Source of the DNA: an uncultured Bacteroidaceae bacterium | GTDB lineage: Bacteria > Bacteroidota > Bacteroidia > Bacteroidales > GCA-2748055 | DNA length: 32,332 bases | Assembly: GCA_964407305.1 (NCBI GenBank) | Contig: CAYOVC010000002.1 | Span: 1 to 32,332, forward strand | Direction: 5' to 3' | Shown here: positions 6,718-16,045 of the stretch, in pieces | Position numbering within the stretch: the first letter of the stretch is position 1 | How the letters are laid out: each line of letters begins with the position of its first letter | Program-made: the position numbers and the translations under genes | Notes under the pieces: generated by a model | Told to the model about the DNA's origin: nothing | What the model saw: the letters and a program-made list of their open reading frames with translations, nothing else | The model's database searches: none

Positions 6718-8619
6718 ATGAGCGATGATATTAAGCACAAATGCGGGATCGCACTGATCAGGCTGCTGAAGCCGCTGGAATATTACCAGCTGAAATACGG
6801 ATCCTGGAGATACGGATTGCAAAAGCTCTACCTGCTTATGGAGAAGCAGCGTAACAGGGGACAGGATGGAGCCGGGGTGGTGAGTCTGAAGCTTGATGTA
6901 CCGTCGGGGAACAAATACTTCAACAGGCTGAGGTCGTCGAAAGCAGATGCGATCAATGATATTTTCAAATCGGTTTACGGACAGTTCAAAAAGGCGGAGC
7001 GCAAGTACAAAGAGTCGGTTTATGATGCCCACTGGGCAAAAATGAATCTGCCCTTTGCCGGGGAGCTCTACCTCGGACACCTGCGTTACGGAACATACGG
7101 TGATAACTCCACCGACAACCTGCACCCGGTGATGCGGCAGAACAACTGGAAAACGCGGAACCTGGTAATCGCAGGGAACTTTAACCTCACCAATGTTGAT
7201 GAGCAGTTCAACCATCTCCTCGAACTGGGTCAGTCGCCCAAGGACTTTTCAGATACCATAACGATATTGGAAAAGGTGGGTCATTTTCTTGACAGGGAGA
7301 ACCAGGTGATGTTTGATGATTTTAAAGCGAAGGGCTACTCCAACCGGGATATCTCCGAGATGATCGCCGGGAAGATCAGTATCGGCAATATCCTTTCGGA
7401 GGCCTCCAGGAGATGGGATGGCGGGTATACCATAGCCGGACTCCTGGGTCATGGCGATGCTTTTGTGATGCGCGACCCTTGGGGTATCCGTCCGGCCTTC
7501 TATTACCACGACGATGAGATCGCCATTGCAGCCTCCGAGCGACCGGTTATCCAGACAGTGATGGATCTGAAGGCAGATCAGATCCATGAGATTGATCCCG
7601 GGAGCGCTTTGGTGATAAGAAAGAATGGTACGGTTCTGCAGGAGCAGGTGAGGGAACCTTTCGAAAAAAGATCCTGCTCGTTTGAGCGGATCTACTTCTC
7701 CAGGGGCAGCGACAGGGGCATCTACAGTGAGCGGAAGAAGTTGGGCAGACTCCTCGTTCCCCCGATAATGGATTGCATCGAGGGCGATACGAAAAATACG
7801 GTATTCTCCTTTATACCCAACACAGCCGAATCAGCGTTCTACGGTATGGTTGCAGGGGTAGAGAAGTGGATGACCGATGAGAAGATCGAGGAGATCCGCA
7901 AGAGCAACGGAACGTTGGATGACGAGCAGCTGGCAGAGATCATCTCCCGGCGGCCGCGGATTGAGAAAGTGGCTATAAAAGATTTGAAGCTCAGGACCTT
8001 CATTTCGCAGGATAAGGGAAGAAAGGACCTGGTAAACCATGTGTACGATATCACCTATGGTACGATCAGGCGGGGTGCTGACAACCTGGTGATTATCGAC
8101 GATTCGATCGTGCGCGGCACAACCCTGCGTGAAAGTATTCTGAAGATCCTCGACCGGCTCGGTCCACGGCGGATCGTTGTGGTCTCCTCTTCACCGCAGA
8201 TACGTTATCCCGACTGTTACGGGATCGATATGGCGAAGCTGAGCGATTTCATCGCCTTCCAGGCGGCTATTGCACTGTTGAAGGACCACGGCAAGCAGCA
8301 TGTGATCAATGAAGTGTATAAAAAATCGGTTGCCCAGAAGCATGAACCGAAAGAAAATATTGTCAACTATGTGAAGGATATCTACAAACCCTTTACGGCG
8401 CAACAGATATCTGATAAAATCGCAGCTTTGTTAACAACCCCGGAGATCGGAGCAGAGGTGAAGATTGTCTACCAGAGTATAGAGGCACTGCATGAAGCGA
8501 TACCAGACCACCTGGGCGACTGGTACTTTACCGGCGATTATCCCACACCCGGCGGCAACAAGGTGGTAAATACCTCCTTTATCAATTACATCGAGGGGGT
8601 GAATAAACGGGCATATTGA
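6718..8619 (+). CDS. purF: amidophosphoribosyltransferase (long-form class-II glutamine amidotransferase / PRTase)
   Basis: Short propeptide followed by the nucleophile Cys (MSDDIKHK-CGIALI). Ntn-GATase blocks are present (NRGQDGAGV, GHLRYGT). PRPP-binding loop VIIDDSIVRGTT. YPDCYGIDM motif. Confidence 0.88.
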   Translation: MSDDIKHKCGIALIRLLKPLEYYQLKYGSWRYGLQKLYLLMEKQRNRGQDGAGVVSLKLDVPSGNKYFNRLRSSKADAINDIFKSVYGQFKKAERKYKESVYDAHWAKMNLPFAGELYLGHLRYGTYGDNSTDNLHPVMRQNNWKTRNLVIAGNFNLTNVDEQFNHLLELGQSPKDFSDTITILEKVGHFLDRENQVMFDDFKAKGYSNRDISEMIAGKISIGNILSEASRRWDGGYTIAGLLGHGDAFVMRDPWGIRPAFYYHDDEIAIAASERPVIQTVMDLKADQIHEIDPGSALVIRKNGTVLQEQVREPFEKRSCSFERIYFSRGSDRGIYSERKKLGRLLVPPIMDCIEGDTKNTVFSFIPNTAESAFYGMVAGVEKWMTDEKIEEIRKSNGTLDDEQLAEIISRRPRIEKVAIKDLKLRTFISQDKGRKDLVNHVYDITYGTIRRGADNLVIIDDSIVRGTTLRESILKILDRLGPRRIVVVSSSPQIRYPDCYGIDMAKLSDFIAFQAAIALLKDHGKQHVINEVYKKSVAQKHEPKENIVNYVKDIYKPFTAQQISDKIAALLTTPEIGAEVKIVYQSIEALHEAIPDHLGDWYFTGDYPTPGGNKVVNTSFINYIEGVNKRAY

Positions 8620-8629
8620 TTTTGGGATA

Positions 8630-9643
8630 TCACCCCTGCCTGTGAAACCTGTTGAACAGGTCGTTCAGTTTGGTGTTCCTGATCTTGATGTTCTGAATTC
8701 TCCTGAGGTGTTTTGGGATATAGTTCGACAGGTGCCGCTCCACTTTGCTCTTATACAGGTCGTTCACGGTAATCATGATTCCGGTCTCCTCTACCTCACC
8801 AAAGCTGTGGTTCATGACTGTGCCGAATGACCGCATGGAGGGGGAAAGGCTCATATAGGCATTGATCAGCGGGGGGATCGACTCTCCAAAGGAGCGTACC
8901 TCTTTGGAAAGGATCTTGTAATCTTCCATATAGTCGGAACCAGTGAAAATTGCTTCCAGTTTTTTCGGATCCATCAGCACCCGCAGCGGCTCCTTCGGCA
9001 CCACCAGTTTATCCTTGTCGGGAAAGTGCTTGTTGAGGAAATAGAGGATCATATCCCGCGCCTCCTGGTGGTAATGCAGGTACATCGTTACCTTGCCAAA
9101 AAAATATTTTATATCGGGATGATCCATTACCAGCGTTCCCAGTCCGTCCCACAAGTTATCGAGCGCATACAATCCTTTTCGCCGCAGGTTGGTCGACTGG
9201 TACATGGGCTGTACAAAAGAGCGTCCCAGTTCGATCATATGGGGCAGGTAATCTTTTGTAAAGGCTTCCGAGAAGTTAAAGAGCCTGGAAGTTGCAAGTT
9301 TTACCTCACCGTTAACAACGCAGCTGTCGGCATTACAAATCAGGAAACGGTAACCACCCAGTATCTCCTGCTGGCCAGGATCCCACACGATCAGCTGCTG
9401 ATAGGCATTCTCTCCCGAATCGTAATCATCCAGATCACACTCCTTTCCCGTTCCTCCTCCGGCGGTTCTGAAGGCCACCTCCCTGAGCCGGCCGATCTCC
9501 CGCAACAGGTTGGGTGCGTTATCATGGTTCACGATGTAAAGAAGGTTGCCCCCTTTGTTCGTTTTCCGGATGAATGTATCCTCTGTAAGCTCATCAAGGA
9601 GGAGCTTCTTCGGGAGGGGCGGAATAATACGTTTCATGCTCAT
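8630..9643 (-). CDS. OlsB/GlsB-like N-acyltransferase (GNAT-fold 'hemolysin'-type, N-acyl amino-acid lipid synthesis)
   Basis: LREVAFRTAGGGTGKECDLDDYD and the LGRSFVQP block are characteristic of the OlsB-type Acetyltransf_5 family. The gene lies 6 nt downstream of a PlsC-type acyltransferase on the same strand. Confidence 0.75.
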   Translation of the reverse strand: MSMKRIIPPLPKKLLLDELTEDTFIRKTNKGGNLLYIVNHDNAPNLLREIGRLREVAFRTAGGGTGKECDLDDYDSGENAYQQLIVWDPGQQEILGGYRFLICNADSCVVNGEVKLATSRLFNFSEAFTKDYLPHMIELGRSFVQPMYQSTNLRRKGLYALDNLWDGLGTLVMDHPDIKYFFGKVTMYLHYHQEARDMILYFLNKHFPDKDKLVVPKEPLRVLMDPKKLEAIFTGSDYMEDYKILSKEVRSFGESIPPLINAYMSLSPSMRSFGTVMNHSFGEVEETGIMITVNDLYKSKVERHLSNYIPKHLRRIQNIKIRNTKLNDLFNRFHRQG

Positions 9644-9649
9644 GATCGT

Positions 9650-10522
9650 CTATTTTTGTTCGTTGGGATCAAATTCGGCATCCGGATTCTCAGCGATAAC
9701 ATAACAATGCTCCCTCATCTTAGCGGCCCATTCTGCGGGTCGGTGTCGCTTATCAAATATCTTATAACTAACAGGTTTGCCAATGGTTATCCGGTAGTGC
9801 CCGTTTTTATGTTTGAAGGTCTCACTCGGTAGGTAAAACATCTCCAGGTTCGCTTTGATGCCGAGAAAGGTGCGGATATTGGCCAGGTTATAGAAAAAGT
9901 TGGAGCATCTCCCGGTGATGTGGATCGGAACAACATCTCTTTTGTACTGCACCGCTTTGGTCACAAAACTCTTCATCCAGGCCTCATCCCTGATTACCCC
10001 CTTCTTTCTTCTTGAAACAAGACCTGCGGGAAAGGTCATTACATGGTCGTCTGACCGAAAGATCGCATCGATTCGCCTAACGTTCTCCATGCCCAGCGAA
10101 CCATGCTTATTAATGGGAACTGATACCCCATTCATATTTTTCACATTCATCAGGATGTCGTTGACCAACACCTTGTATTTGCGGTTGTACCGCTCCCCGA
10201 TTTCACGCATAATGAGCACACCGTCGAATCCCCCCAACGGATGATTCGATACAAAAATGAAGGGTCCCCCTTCAGGAAGGTGCTCTTCCCCCACCACATC
10301 GACCGTTACATTGAACATGTCGATCACTGCTGAGGCAAATTCAAAATCCTGCTTGTGTCCGTGCAGCCTGAGGATCTCATTGATCTCATCCAGCACCAGG
10401 GCCCTGTGCAGGTACCGGTATACAAAACCCGGTATCAGCCTGGCCATTCGCGGGTTTTTGTCGCGGAAAATCTCGCGGATGTCTATCGGCTTAAACTCCT
10501 TGTTAAAGGATTCGTCTGTCAT
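9650..10522 (-). CDS. lysophospholipid/PlsC-family O-acyltransferase (OlsA/GlsA-like)
   Basis: The FVSNHPLGGFDG block sits at the position of the acyltransferase HX4D motif, and FPAGLVSRR at the position of the FPEG motif. ATG 10522 (MTDESFNKEF) is preferred over the upstream TTG 10543. Confidence 0.75.
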   Translation of the reverse strand: MTDESFNKEFKPIDIREIFRDKNPRMARLIPGFVYRYLHRALVLDEINEILRLHGHKQDFEFASAVIDMFNVTVDVVGEEHLPEGGPFIFVSNHPLGGFDGVLIMREIGERYNRKYKVLVNDILMNVKNMNGVSVPINKHGSLGMENVRRIDAIFRSDDHVMTFPAGLVSRRKKGVIRDEAWMKSFVTKAVQYKRDVVPIHITGRCSNFFYNLANIRTFLGIKANLEMFYLPSETFKHKNGHYRITIGKPVSYKIFDKRHRPAEWAAKMREHCYVIAENPDAEFDPNEQK

Positions 10523-10637
10523 ACGGCAAGGGCATGTTTCCAATTACAAAAGTATCAAAAAAATACCGGAAGAAAAACAGTGCAGCGGACCCCTTATAAT
10601 TGCTGACAGCTTATTGGTCATGCAAAAAGTTATTAAC

Positions 10638-10680
10638 AAAGTGGGAAAAAGTGGGGTAAAATGGTATGAAGTGGGAAAAA
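10638..10680 (+). promoter_or_regulatory. putative MraZ operator: four 10-bp-phased direct repeats (GTGGGAAAAA GTGGGGTAAA ATGGTATGAA GTGGGAAAAA)
   Basis: Units 1, 2 and 4 carry GTGGG and unit 3 is degenerate (ATGGT). The spacing is exactly 10 bp and the array ends 35 nt before the mraZ ATG. MraZ of E. coli and mycoplasmas is known to bind phased (G)TGGG-type repeats upstream of mraZ. Confidence 0.6.
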
Positions 10681-10714
10681 ATAGTTAATTTTACTTTTCA
10701 ATAGGCGCAGAGAC

Positions 10715-11176
10715 ATGATCACATTTATCGGAGAATATACGGTCAGGCTGGACTCCAAGGGGAGGCTCTCCTTTCCTGCAGCTTTCAAGCGGCAGATGAA
10801 GGACCCTTCCTCTGAGGGCTTTGTACTGAAGCGCGATGTCTTCGAAAAATGCCTGATACTCTATCCGATGGAGGAGTGGGAGAGGCAGAATGCCATGATC
10901 AGGGAGAGGACCAATCCCTATAACAAGGAGCATGCGAAATTCCTGCGGATGTTTTATGCAGGCACGGCAGAGGTGACACTTGATGCGAGCAACAGAATGC
11001 TGGTACCGAAGCGACTGCTCGACCATGCCGGTATTACCGGTGAGGTAGTGCTCGCAGGACAGTCGGGCAGGATCGAATTGTGGCCATCTGATGTCTATAC
11101 CGGCATAAGTGCTGCAGATGATGACTTTGCGGCTATGGCTGAGAAAATACTTGGTGGAACGCCCAGTGAATCATAA
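10715..11176 (+). CDS. mraZ: division/cell-wall cluster transcriptional regulator MraZ
   Basis: 153 aa with two SpoVT/AbrB-like halves, each carrying DxxxR (RLDSKGRLSFP and TLDASNRMLVP). First gene of the dcw cluster. Confidence 0.95.
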   Translation: MITFIGEYTVRLDSKGRLSFPAAFKRQMKDPSSEGFVLKRDVFEKCLILYPMEEWERQNAMIRERTNPYNKEHAKFLRMFYAGTAEVTLDASNRMLVPKRLLDHAGITGEVVLAGQSGRIELWPSDVYTGISAADDDFAAMAEKILGGTPSES

Positions 11177-11180
11177 TAAT

Positions 11181-12080
11181 ATGGCTTATCACAGGCCTGT
11201 CTTATTGAATGAGAGCATTGAAGGATTGAATATAAAGCCAAAGGGGACGTATGTCGATCTCACTTTTGGCGGAGGGGGACACGCTCGCATCGTTCTTGAA
11301 AAGTTGGGAAAAAAGGGTAAACTGTTTGCGTTCGACCAGGACCCCGGGGCCGGACAGAATATATTGGATGACAAACGGCTGGTTTTTATCAGGGCCAATT
11401 TCCGGTATCTGCGGAATTTTCTCCGGTACTATGGTGTTGCACAGGTCGATGGCATCCTTGCCGATCTCGGAATCTCATCCTACCAGATCGACCAGCCCGA
11501 AAGGGGGTTCTCCTTCAGGAGCGACAACAGGCTCGATATGCGGATGAACACATCCTCCGGGAAAACGGCTGTTGAAGTACTCAATGATACTCCTGAAGAG
11601 GATCTTTACCGCATCTTCAGGGAGTATGGGGAGATTAAGAGTACCGGTCGCCTGGTAAAAACGATCATTACCGCCCGCAAACAGTCGCCCATCGAAACAA
11701 CCGGTCAGCTCGAAACAGTGCTCAGCGACATGGTGCCGCAGCAGAACAGGTCAAAATTCCTGGCCCGCGTCTACCAGGCGATCAGGATAGAGGTAAATGA
11801 GGAGATCGATGCCCTGAGGGAGATGTTGGTGCAGACCGCGGATTACATAGGGAGCGGGGGACGGCTGGTGGTGATTACCTACCATTCGCTGGAGGACAGG
11901 CTGGTGAAAAATTATATGCGGACAGGCAACCTGGAGGGGGAGGTGAAGAAGGATTTTTATGGCAGGCCTGAGACCTGCTGGAGGCTCATTAACAGGAAGG
12001 TGATTGTGCCGACAGCGCAGGAGATTGCAGAGAACAACAGGGCGAGGAGCGCGAAGCTGAGAATCGCCGAGAAGATGTAA
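11181..12080 (+). CDS. rsmH: 16S rRNA (cytosine1402-N4)-methyltransferase RsmH
   Basis: HRPVLLNE, SAM-binding DLTFGGGGHA, ITYHSLEDR and the C-terminal NNRARSAKLR are all present. ATG 11181 lies 4 nt after the mraZ stop. The GTG at 11109 would overlap mraZ by 68 nt. Confidence 0.95.
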   Translation: MAYHRPVLLNESIEGLNIKPKGTYVDLTFGGGGHARIVLEKLGKKGKLFAFDQDPGAGQNILDDKRLVFIRANFRYLRNFLRYYGVAQVDGILADLGISSYQIDQPERGFSFRSDNRLDMRMNTSSGKTAVEVLNDTPEEDLYRIFREYGEIKSTGRLVKTIITARKQSPIETTGQLETVLSDMVPQQNRSKFLARVYQAIRIEVNEEIDALREMLVQTADYIGSGGRLVVITYHSLEDRLVKNYMRTGNLEGEVKKDFYGRPETCWRLINRKVIVPTAQEIAENNRARSAKLRIAEKM

Positions 12081-12103
12081 AAAGTTCAACATATTATATA
12101 GAG

Positions 12104-12478
12104 GTGCAAAAGGACAACAGAAATATTGAGTTTGATGAGGTGCGTAGTGAGAAGCAGCAACAGTTTTCATTGCGCAGCCTGATCGACGGGAACGTGCTGA
12201 CACAGAAATCTGTGATCAGGCAGGCTCCCTTTCTGGCCCTGCTGGTGGTCCTCTCCCTGGTGATGATAGCCAACAGGAACCATGCGGAAAAGCTGGTGAT
12301 AAAGGCCAATGAGCTGCAGTCGGAGGTAAAGGAACTGCGGTCGCAGGCAATCACCACCTCGTCGGAGCTGATGATGGTAAGCAGGCAGAGCAGGGTGGAG
12401 CAATTGGTCAGGGAGAAGGGGATGGGCCTGGAGGAGAACAAGGAGCCTTTGAAAAAACTGGTAAGAACAGAAAAGTAA
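12104..12478 (+). CDS. FtsL-like cell-division protein (single TM plus coiled coil)
   Basis: Sits in the ftsL slot between rsmH and ftsI. One TM helix (APFLALLVVLSLVMIA) is followed by a heptad-like segment (KLVIKANELQSEVKELRSQ). GTG start. The stop is 2 nt before ftsI. Confidence 0.7.
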   Translation: MQKDNRNIEFDEVRSEKQQQFSLRSLIDGNVLTQKSVIRQAPFLALLVVLSLVMIANRNHAEKLVIKANELQSEVKELRSQAITTSSELMMVSRQSRVEQLVREKGMGLEENKEPLKKLVRTEK

Positions 12479-12480
12479 TC

Positions 12481-14595
12481 ATGTCGCTGAAGAGAAACAT
12501 ATTGATCCGGGTTAGTGTGGTATACCTTGCCATGCTTGTATTTGCCCTGGTGATTTTGGGAAAGATGTTTTACCTGCAGGTGATCGAAAAGGATCGTTGG
12601 GAGGAGTCGGAGGTGAACAGCATCACCTACCGGACCATTGATCCGAACCGGGGAAATATCTATTCATCCGACGGACGACTGCTGGCCGTCTCGGTGCCCT
12701 ATTATGAGATCCGGATGGATATGCGGAGTGAAGCATTCACGCGCGATATATTCGACCGGCACGTTGATTCCCTGGCCATCAGGCTCGCCGGTCTCTTTAA
12801 GGACCATCACTGGACCACCTACAAACAGAACCTTGTGCGGGCACGTGAGGAGGGGGACCGTTACTACCTTGTAAAGAGGAATGTTACCTATACCCAGTTG
12901 CAGGAGCTGAAACATTTCCCGGTCTTCCGGCTGGGCAGGTACCAGGGCGGTACCATTTTCGTTCAGCAAAACCGGCGCGTCAGACCACACGACATGCTGG
13001 CTGCACGCACCATCGGTTATACCATGCAGGGCGACTATGGCAGTGTTGTCGGGATTGAAGGTGCCTACGATACAGAACTCTCCGGGGTACAGGGTTACCG
13101 GCTGATGCAAAAAATATCAACCGGAAGCTGGATGCCGCTGAGCGACAGAAACGAGATTGACCCGAGGGATGGCTATGATGTTGTTACAACCATCGATATC
13201 GACCTGCAGGATGTGGCGGAAAATGCTTTGCTGCTGCAGTTGCAGAAGCATGAGGCGGATCACGGAACGGTGGTTGTCATGGAGGTGCAGACGGGAAAGG
13301 TACGGGCCATCGCCAATCTCGGAAGAACGGAGAATGGAAAGTACGCAGAGAAATACAACTACGCGATCGGTGAGAGTGCGGAGCCGGGCTCAACCTTCAA
13401 GCTGGCATCAGTGATCGCATTGCTGGAGGACGGACTGGTGAAGCCTGATGATATTGTCGATGTCGGAAGCGGTGTGACCTATTATAACGGTCATAAAATG
13501 GAGGACAGCGGCGATGAGGGACTTGGTAAAATAACCTTTAGCGAGGCGTTTGAATACTCTTCGAACGTAGGAATCTCCAAAATGGTTTACCAGCATTACA
13601 AGGATAATCCCTCGCGCTATATAGACAGACTATACAGGCTGGGGCTCAACAGGAAGCTTGATATTGAGATCAAAGGGGAGGGTGTCCCGGAGATAAAATA
13701 TACTGACAGCCCATACTGGTCCGGCATCTCGCTACCTATGATTTCCATCGGCTACGAAGTGCGACTGACACCCCTGCAGCTGCTCACTTTCTATAATGCG
13801 ATCGCCAATAACGGTCAGATGGTGAAACCAAGGTTCGTCGAGGAGATACGCTATCACGGCAAGGTGGAGCACACCTTTAACAAGGAGATTCTCAACCATA
13901 AAATATGCTCCGATGAGACGTTGGAGAAGATCAGGCCGATGCTCGAGGGTGTGGTGGAGCACGGCTCGGCTAAAAACCTGCGCAACTCTTACTATCAGAT
14001 CGCCGGCAAGACAGGCACAGCGCAGATTGCTGATGCCGGTCGTGGCTACTCTAAGGGCAGGTACCAGGCCTCCTTTGCCGGTTACTTCCCCTCCGATAAT
14101 CCAACATACTCCTGCATCGTAGTGGTCAGTTCGCCCTCCAGATCGGTCTATTACGGTAACCTTGTGGCCGGACCGATCTTCAGGGAGATTACAGACAAAA
14201 TCTATATCCGCGATCTCAACATGCAACGGCCTGACCCGGACTACCTGGCAGGCAGTAGCAGTGCGCCCTATTCAAAAAGCGGATTCAGGCCGGAGCTTGA
14301 ATCTGCCCTGAAGTACCTCGATATCCCTTATGAAACCGGTGACTATGAATCTACCTGGGTCAGGACCAGGAGCACCGAAGAGGGGGTGAAGCTGCGCAGG
14401 AGCGATGTAAGCACCCTCTATGTGCCCGATGTAAAGGATATGGGAGCGAAAGATGCCCTTTTCCTGTTAGAGAATATGGGACTGGAGGTCAGTATCAGCG
14501 GCCGCGGTACCGTAAGATCCCAATCGCCGGTACCCGGAACGCTGTTGCGCAAAGGGGATCATGTTCAACTGGTAATGAGTATTGCAGAAGGATGA
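12481..14595 (+). CDS. ftsI: penicillin-binding protein 3 (FtsI, class B transpeptidase) with a C-terminal PASTA-like domain
   Basis: N-terminal TM anchor. SxxK (GSTFKLAS), SxN (YSSNVG) and KTG (GKTGTA) motifs. The last ~58 aa (YVPDVKDMGAKDALFLLENMGLEVSISGRGTVRSQSPVPG...) look like a PASTA domain. Position in the dcw cluster supports the call. Confidence 0.9.
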   Translation: MSLKRNILIRVSVVYLAMLVFALVILGKMFYLQVIEKDRWEESEVNSITYRTIDPNRGNIYSSDGRLLAVSVPYYEIRMDMRSEAFTRDIFDRHVDSLAIRLAGLFKDHHWTTYKQNLVRAREEGDRYYLVKRNVTYTQLQELKHFPVFRLGRYQGGTIFVQQNRRVRPHDMLAARTIGYTMQGDYGSVVGIEGAYDTELSGVQGYRLMQKISTGSWMPLSDRNEIDPRDGYDVVTTIDIDLQDVAENALLLQLQKHEADHGTVVVMEVQTGKVRAIANLGRTENGKYAEKYNYAIGESAEPGSTFKLASVIALLEDGLVKPDDIVDVGSGVTYYNGHKMEDSGDEGLGKITFSEAFEYSSNVGISKMVYQHYKDNPSRYIDRLYRLGLNRKLDIEIKGEGVPEIKYTDSPYWSGISLPMISIGYEVRLTPLQLLTFYNAIANNGQMVKPRFVEEIRYHGKVEHTFNKEILNHKICSDETLEKIRPMLEGVVEHGSAKNLRNSYYQIAGKTGTAQIADAGRGYSKGRYQASFAGYFPSDNPTYSCIVVVSSPSRSVYYGNLVAGPIFREITDKIYIRDLNMQRPDPDYLAGSSSAPYSKSGFRPELESALKYLDIPYETGDYESTWVRTRSTEEGVKLRRSDVSTLYVPDVKDMGAKDALFLLENMGLEVSISGRGTVRSQSPVPGTLLRKGDHVQLVMSIAEG

Positions 14596-16040
14596 AGCTG
14601 AGCAACCTCATACAGGACCTGGAAGTTATTCGTGTTGTAGGCGACACGGAGAGGGAGATCGCTGCGGTGGTCTTCGATTCGCGCACTGTTACCGCGGGAT
14701 CGCTCTTTGTGGCTATACCGGGAACAGTGGTTGATGGTCACCAATACATTCCCCAGGCGGTGAAGGCCGGGACAGCAGCAGTGGTATGCGAGGAGCCGCC
14801 GGAGGAGAAGGATGAGGGTGTAACATATATTATTACAAAAAACAGCCGGAGGGCGGTAGCCCTGATTGCATCCGCCTGGTATGGTCACCCCTCCCGGGAG
14901 ATCAACCTCGTGGGCATCACCGGCACCAATGGAAAAACGACCATAGCCACCTTATTATATAAGGTCAATACCGGCCTTGGATACAAGGCCGGTATTTTAA
15001 CTACCATTGAAATAATCATTCACGACAGGTCATACCCGGCAACACATACCACACCCGATCCCCTGCAGATTAACAGGTGGCTCAGGGAGATGGTCGACCG
15101 GGGATGCGAGTACTGCTTTATGGAGGTCTCCTCCCATGCTGCGAGTCAGCACCGTATCGACGGACTCCATTTCAAAGGGGGGGTGTTTACGAACCTCACC
15201 CATGACCACCTCGATTACCACAAGGATTTCAGGGAATACCTGGTGGCAAAGCAGTCGTTTTTTAATCAGCTCGGTGAGGAGGCCTTTGCCCTTACCAATG
15301 TAGATGACAAAAACGGAGAGGTGATGCTACAGGGTTGTCGCGCGAAAAAGTACCGTTACGGCATGAAGCGGATCGCCGATTATCACGGCAGGGTGCTTGA
15401 ATCGCATTTCGAAGGTATGCGACTGAAGATCAATGAAAAAGAGGTATGGGTAAGGCTTACCGGGAGGTTCAATGCCAGCAATATCCTTGCCGTATTCGGC
15501 ACCTCGCTCCTGCTGGGCCACAACGAACTGCAGGTGCTCGAAGCGATCAGCAGCACAGCTGCGGCAGAGGGAAGGTTTGAGGTACTCAGGGGGCCGGGCG
15601 GACAGGTTGCGGTTATCGATTATGCGCATACCGACGATGCATTGCGAAATGTGCTGGAGACGATCCGGGAGGTGAACAGCGAAGAGCGCCAGATCATCAC
15701 TGTGGTGGGGGCTGGGGGCGACAGGGATCGTACCAAACGTGCGAAAATGGGCAACGTGGCAGCCAAACTGAGTGACAAGGTGATCTTCACTTCGGACAAT
15801 CCGCGATCCGAAGATCCGGCGGCGATCATGCGGGAGATGGAACAGGGGGTTCCGGCCGAAAAGGCAGGCGATGTGTTGAAGATCGCCGACAGGGAGGAGG
15901 CGATCAGGACGGCATGCATGCTGGGAGGTGTCGATCCGGTGATACTGGTAGCTGGAAAGGGGCATGAGAAATACCAGGAGATAGCCGGGGAGAGACGGCA
16001 TTTTGACGATAAAGAGATTGTGAAAAGATATTTGAAGTAA
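14592..16040 (+). CDS. murE: UDP-N-acetylmuramoyl-L-alanyl-D-glutamate--2,6-diaminopimelate ligase MurE
   Basis: P-loop [10 protein letters not shown]. Mur ligase middle and C-terminal domains. The DNPR motif ([10 protein letters not shown]) indicates meso-DAP specificity. The ATG overlaps the ftsI stop (ATGA). Confidence 0.95.
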   Translation: MKLSNLIQDLEVIRVVGDTEREIAAVVFDSRTVTAGSLFVAIPGTVVDGHQYIPQAVKAGTAAVVCEEPPEEKDEGVTYIITKNSRRAVALIASAWYGHPSREINLVGITGTNGKTTIATLLYKVNTGLGYKAGILTTIEIIIHDRSYPATHTTPDPLQINRWLREMVDRGCEYCFMEVSSHAASQHRIDGLHFKGGVFTNLTHDHLDYHKDFREYLVAKQSFFNQLGEEAFALTNVDDKNGEVMLQGCRAKKYRYGMKRIADYHGRVLESHFEGMRLKINEKEVWVRLTGRFNASNILAVFGTSLLLGHNELQVLEAISSTAAAEGRFEVLRGPGGQVAVIDYAHTDDALRNVLETIREVNSEERQIITVVGAGGDRDRTKRAKMGNVAAKLSDKVIFTSDNPRSEDPAAIMREMEQGVPAEKAGDVLKIADREEAIRTACMLGGVDPVILVAGKGHEKYQEIAGERRHFDDKEIVKRYLK

Positions 16041-16045
16041 AGCAT

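Noticed and set aside
6580-7215. 211-aa minus-strand ORF antisense to the SPOR gene 3' end and the purF 5' region
   Set aside because: It overlaps strongly supported genes, has no motifs and crosses a gene boundary, so it is a shadow ORF.
11109-11180. GTG-initiated N-terminal extension of rsmH overlapping mraZ (and similar alternative-start extensions at 2917, 6227, 6236, 10543, 30325)
   Set aside because: The extensions use GTG or TTG codons, overlap upstream genes or promoter-like boxes, and add non-conserved residues before canonical family N-termini. Downstream ATGs fit better.
15327-16001. 224-aa minus-strand ORF antisense to murE (similar cases: 17359..18114 in murD, 18744..19367 in ftsW, 22121..22708 across murC/ftsQ, 24324..24977 across ftsA/ftsZ)
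   Set aside because: All lie within dcw genes whose frames carry unambiguous catalytic motifs. The antisense translations are low-complexity (R/H/P/S-rich) and have no family resemblance.
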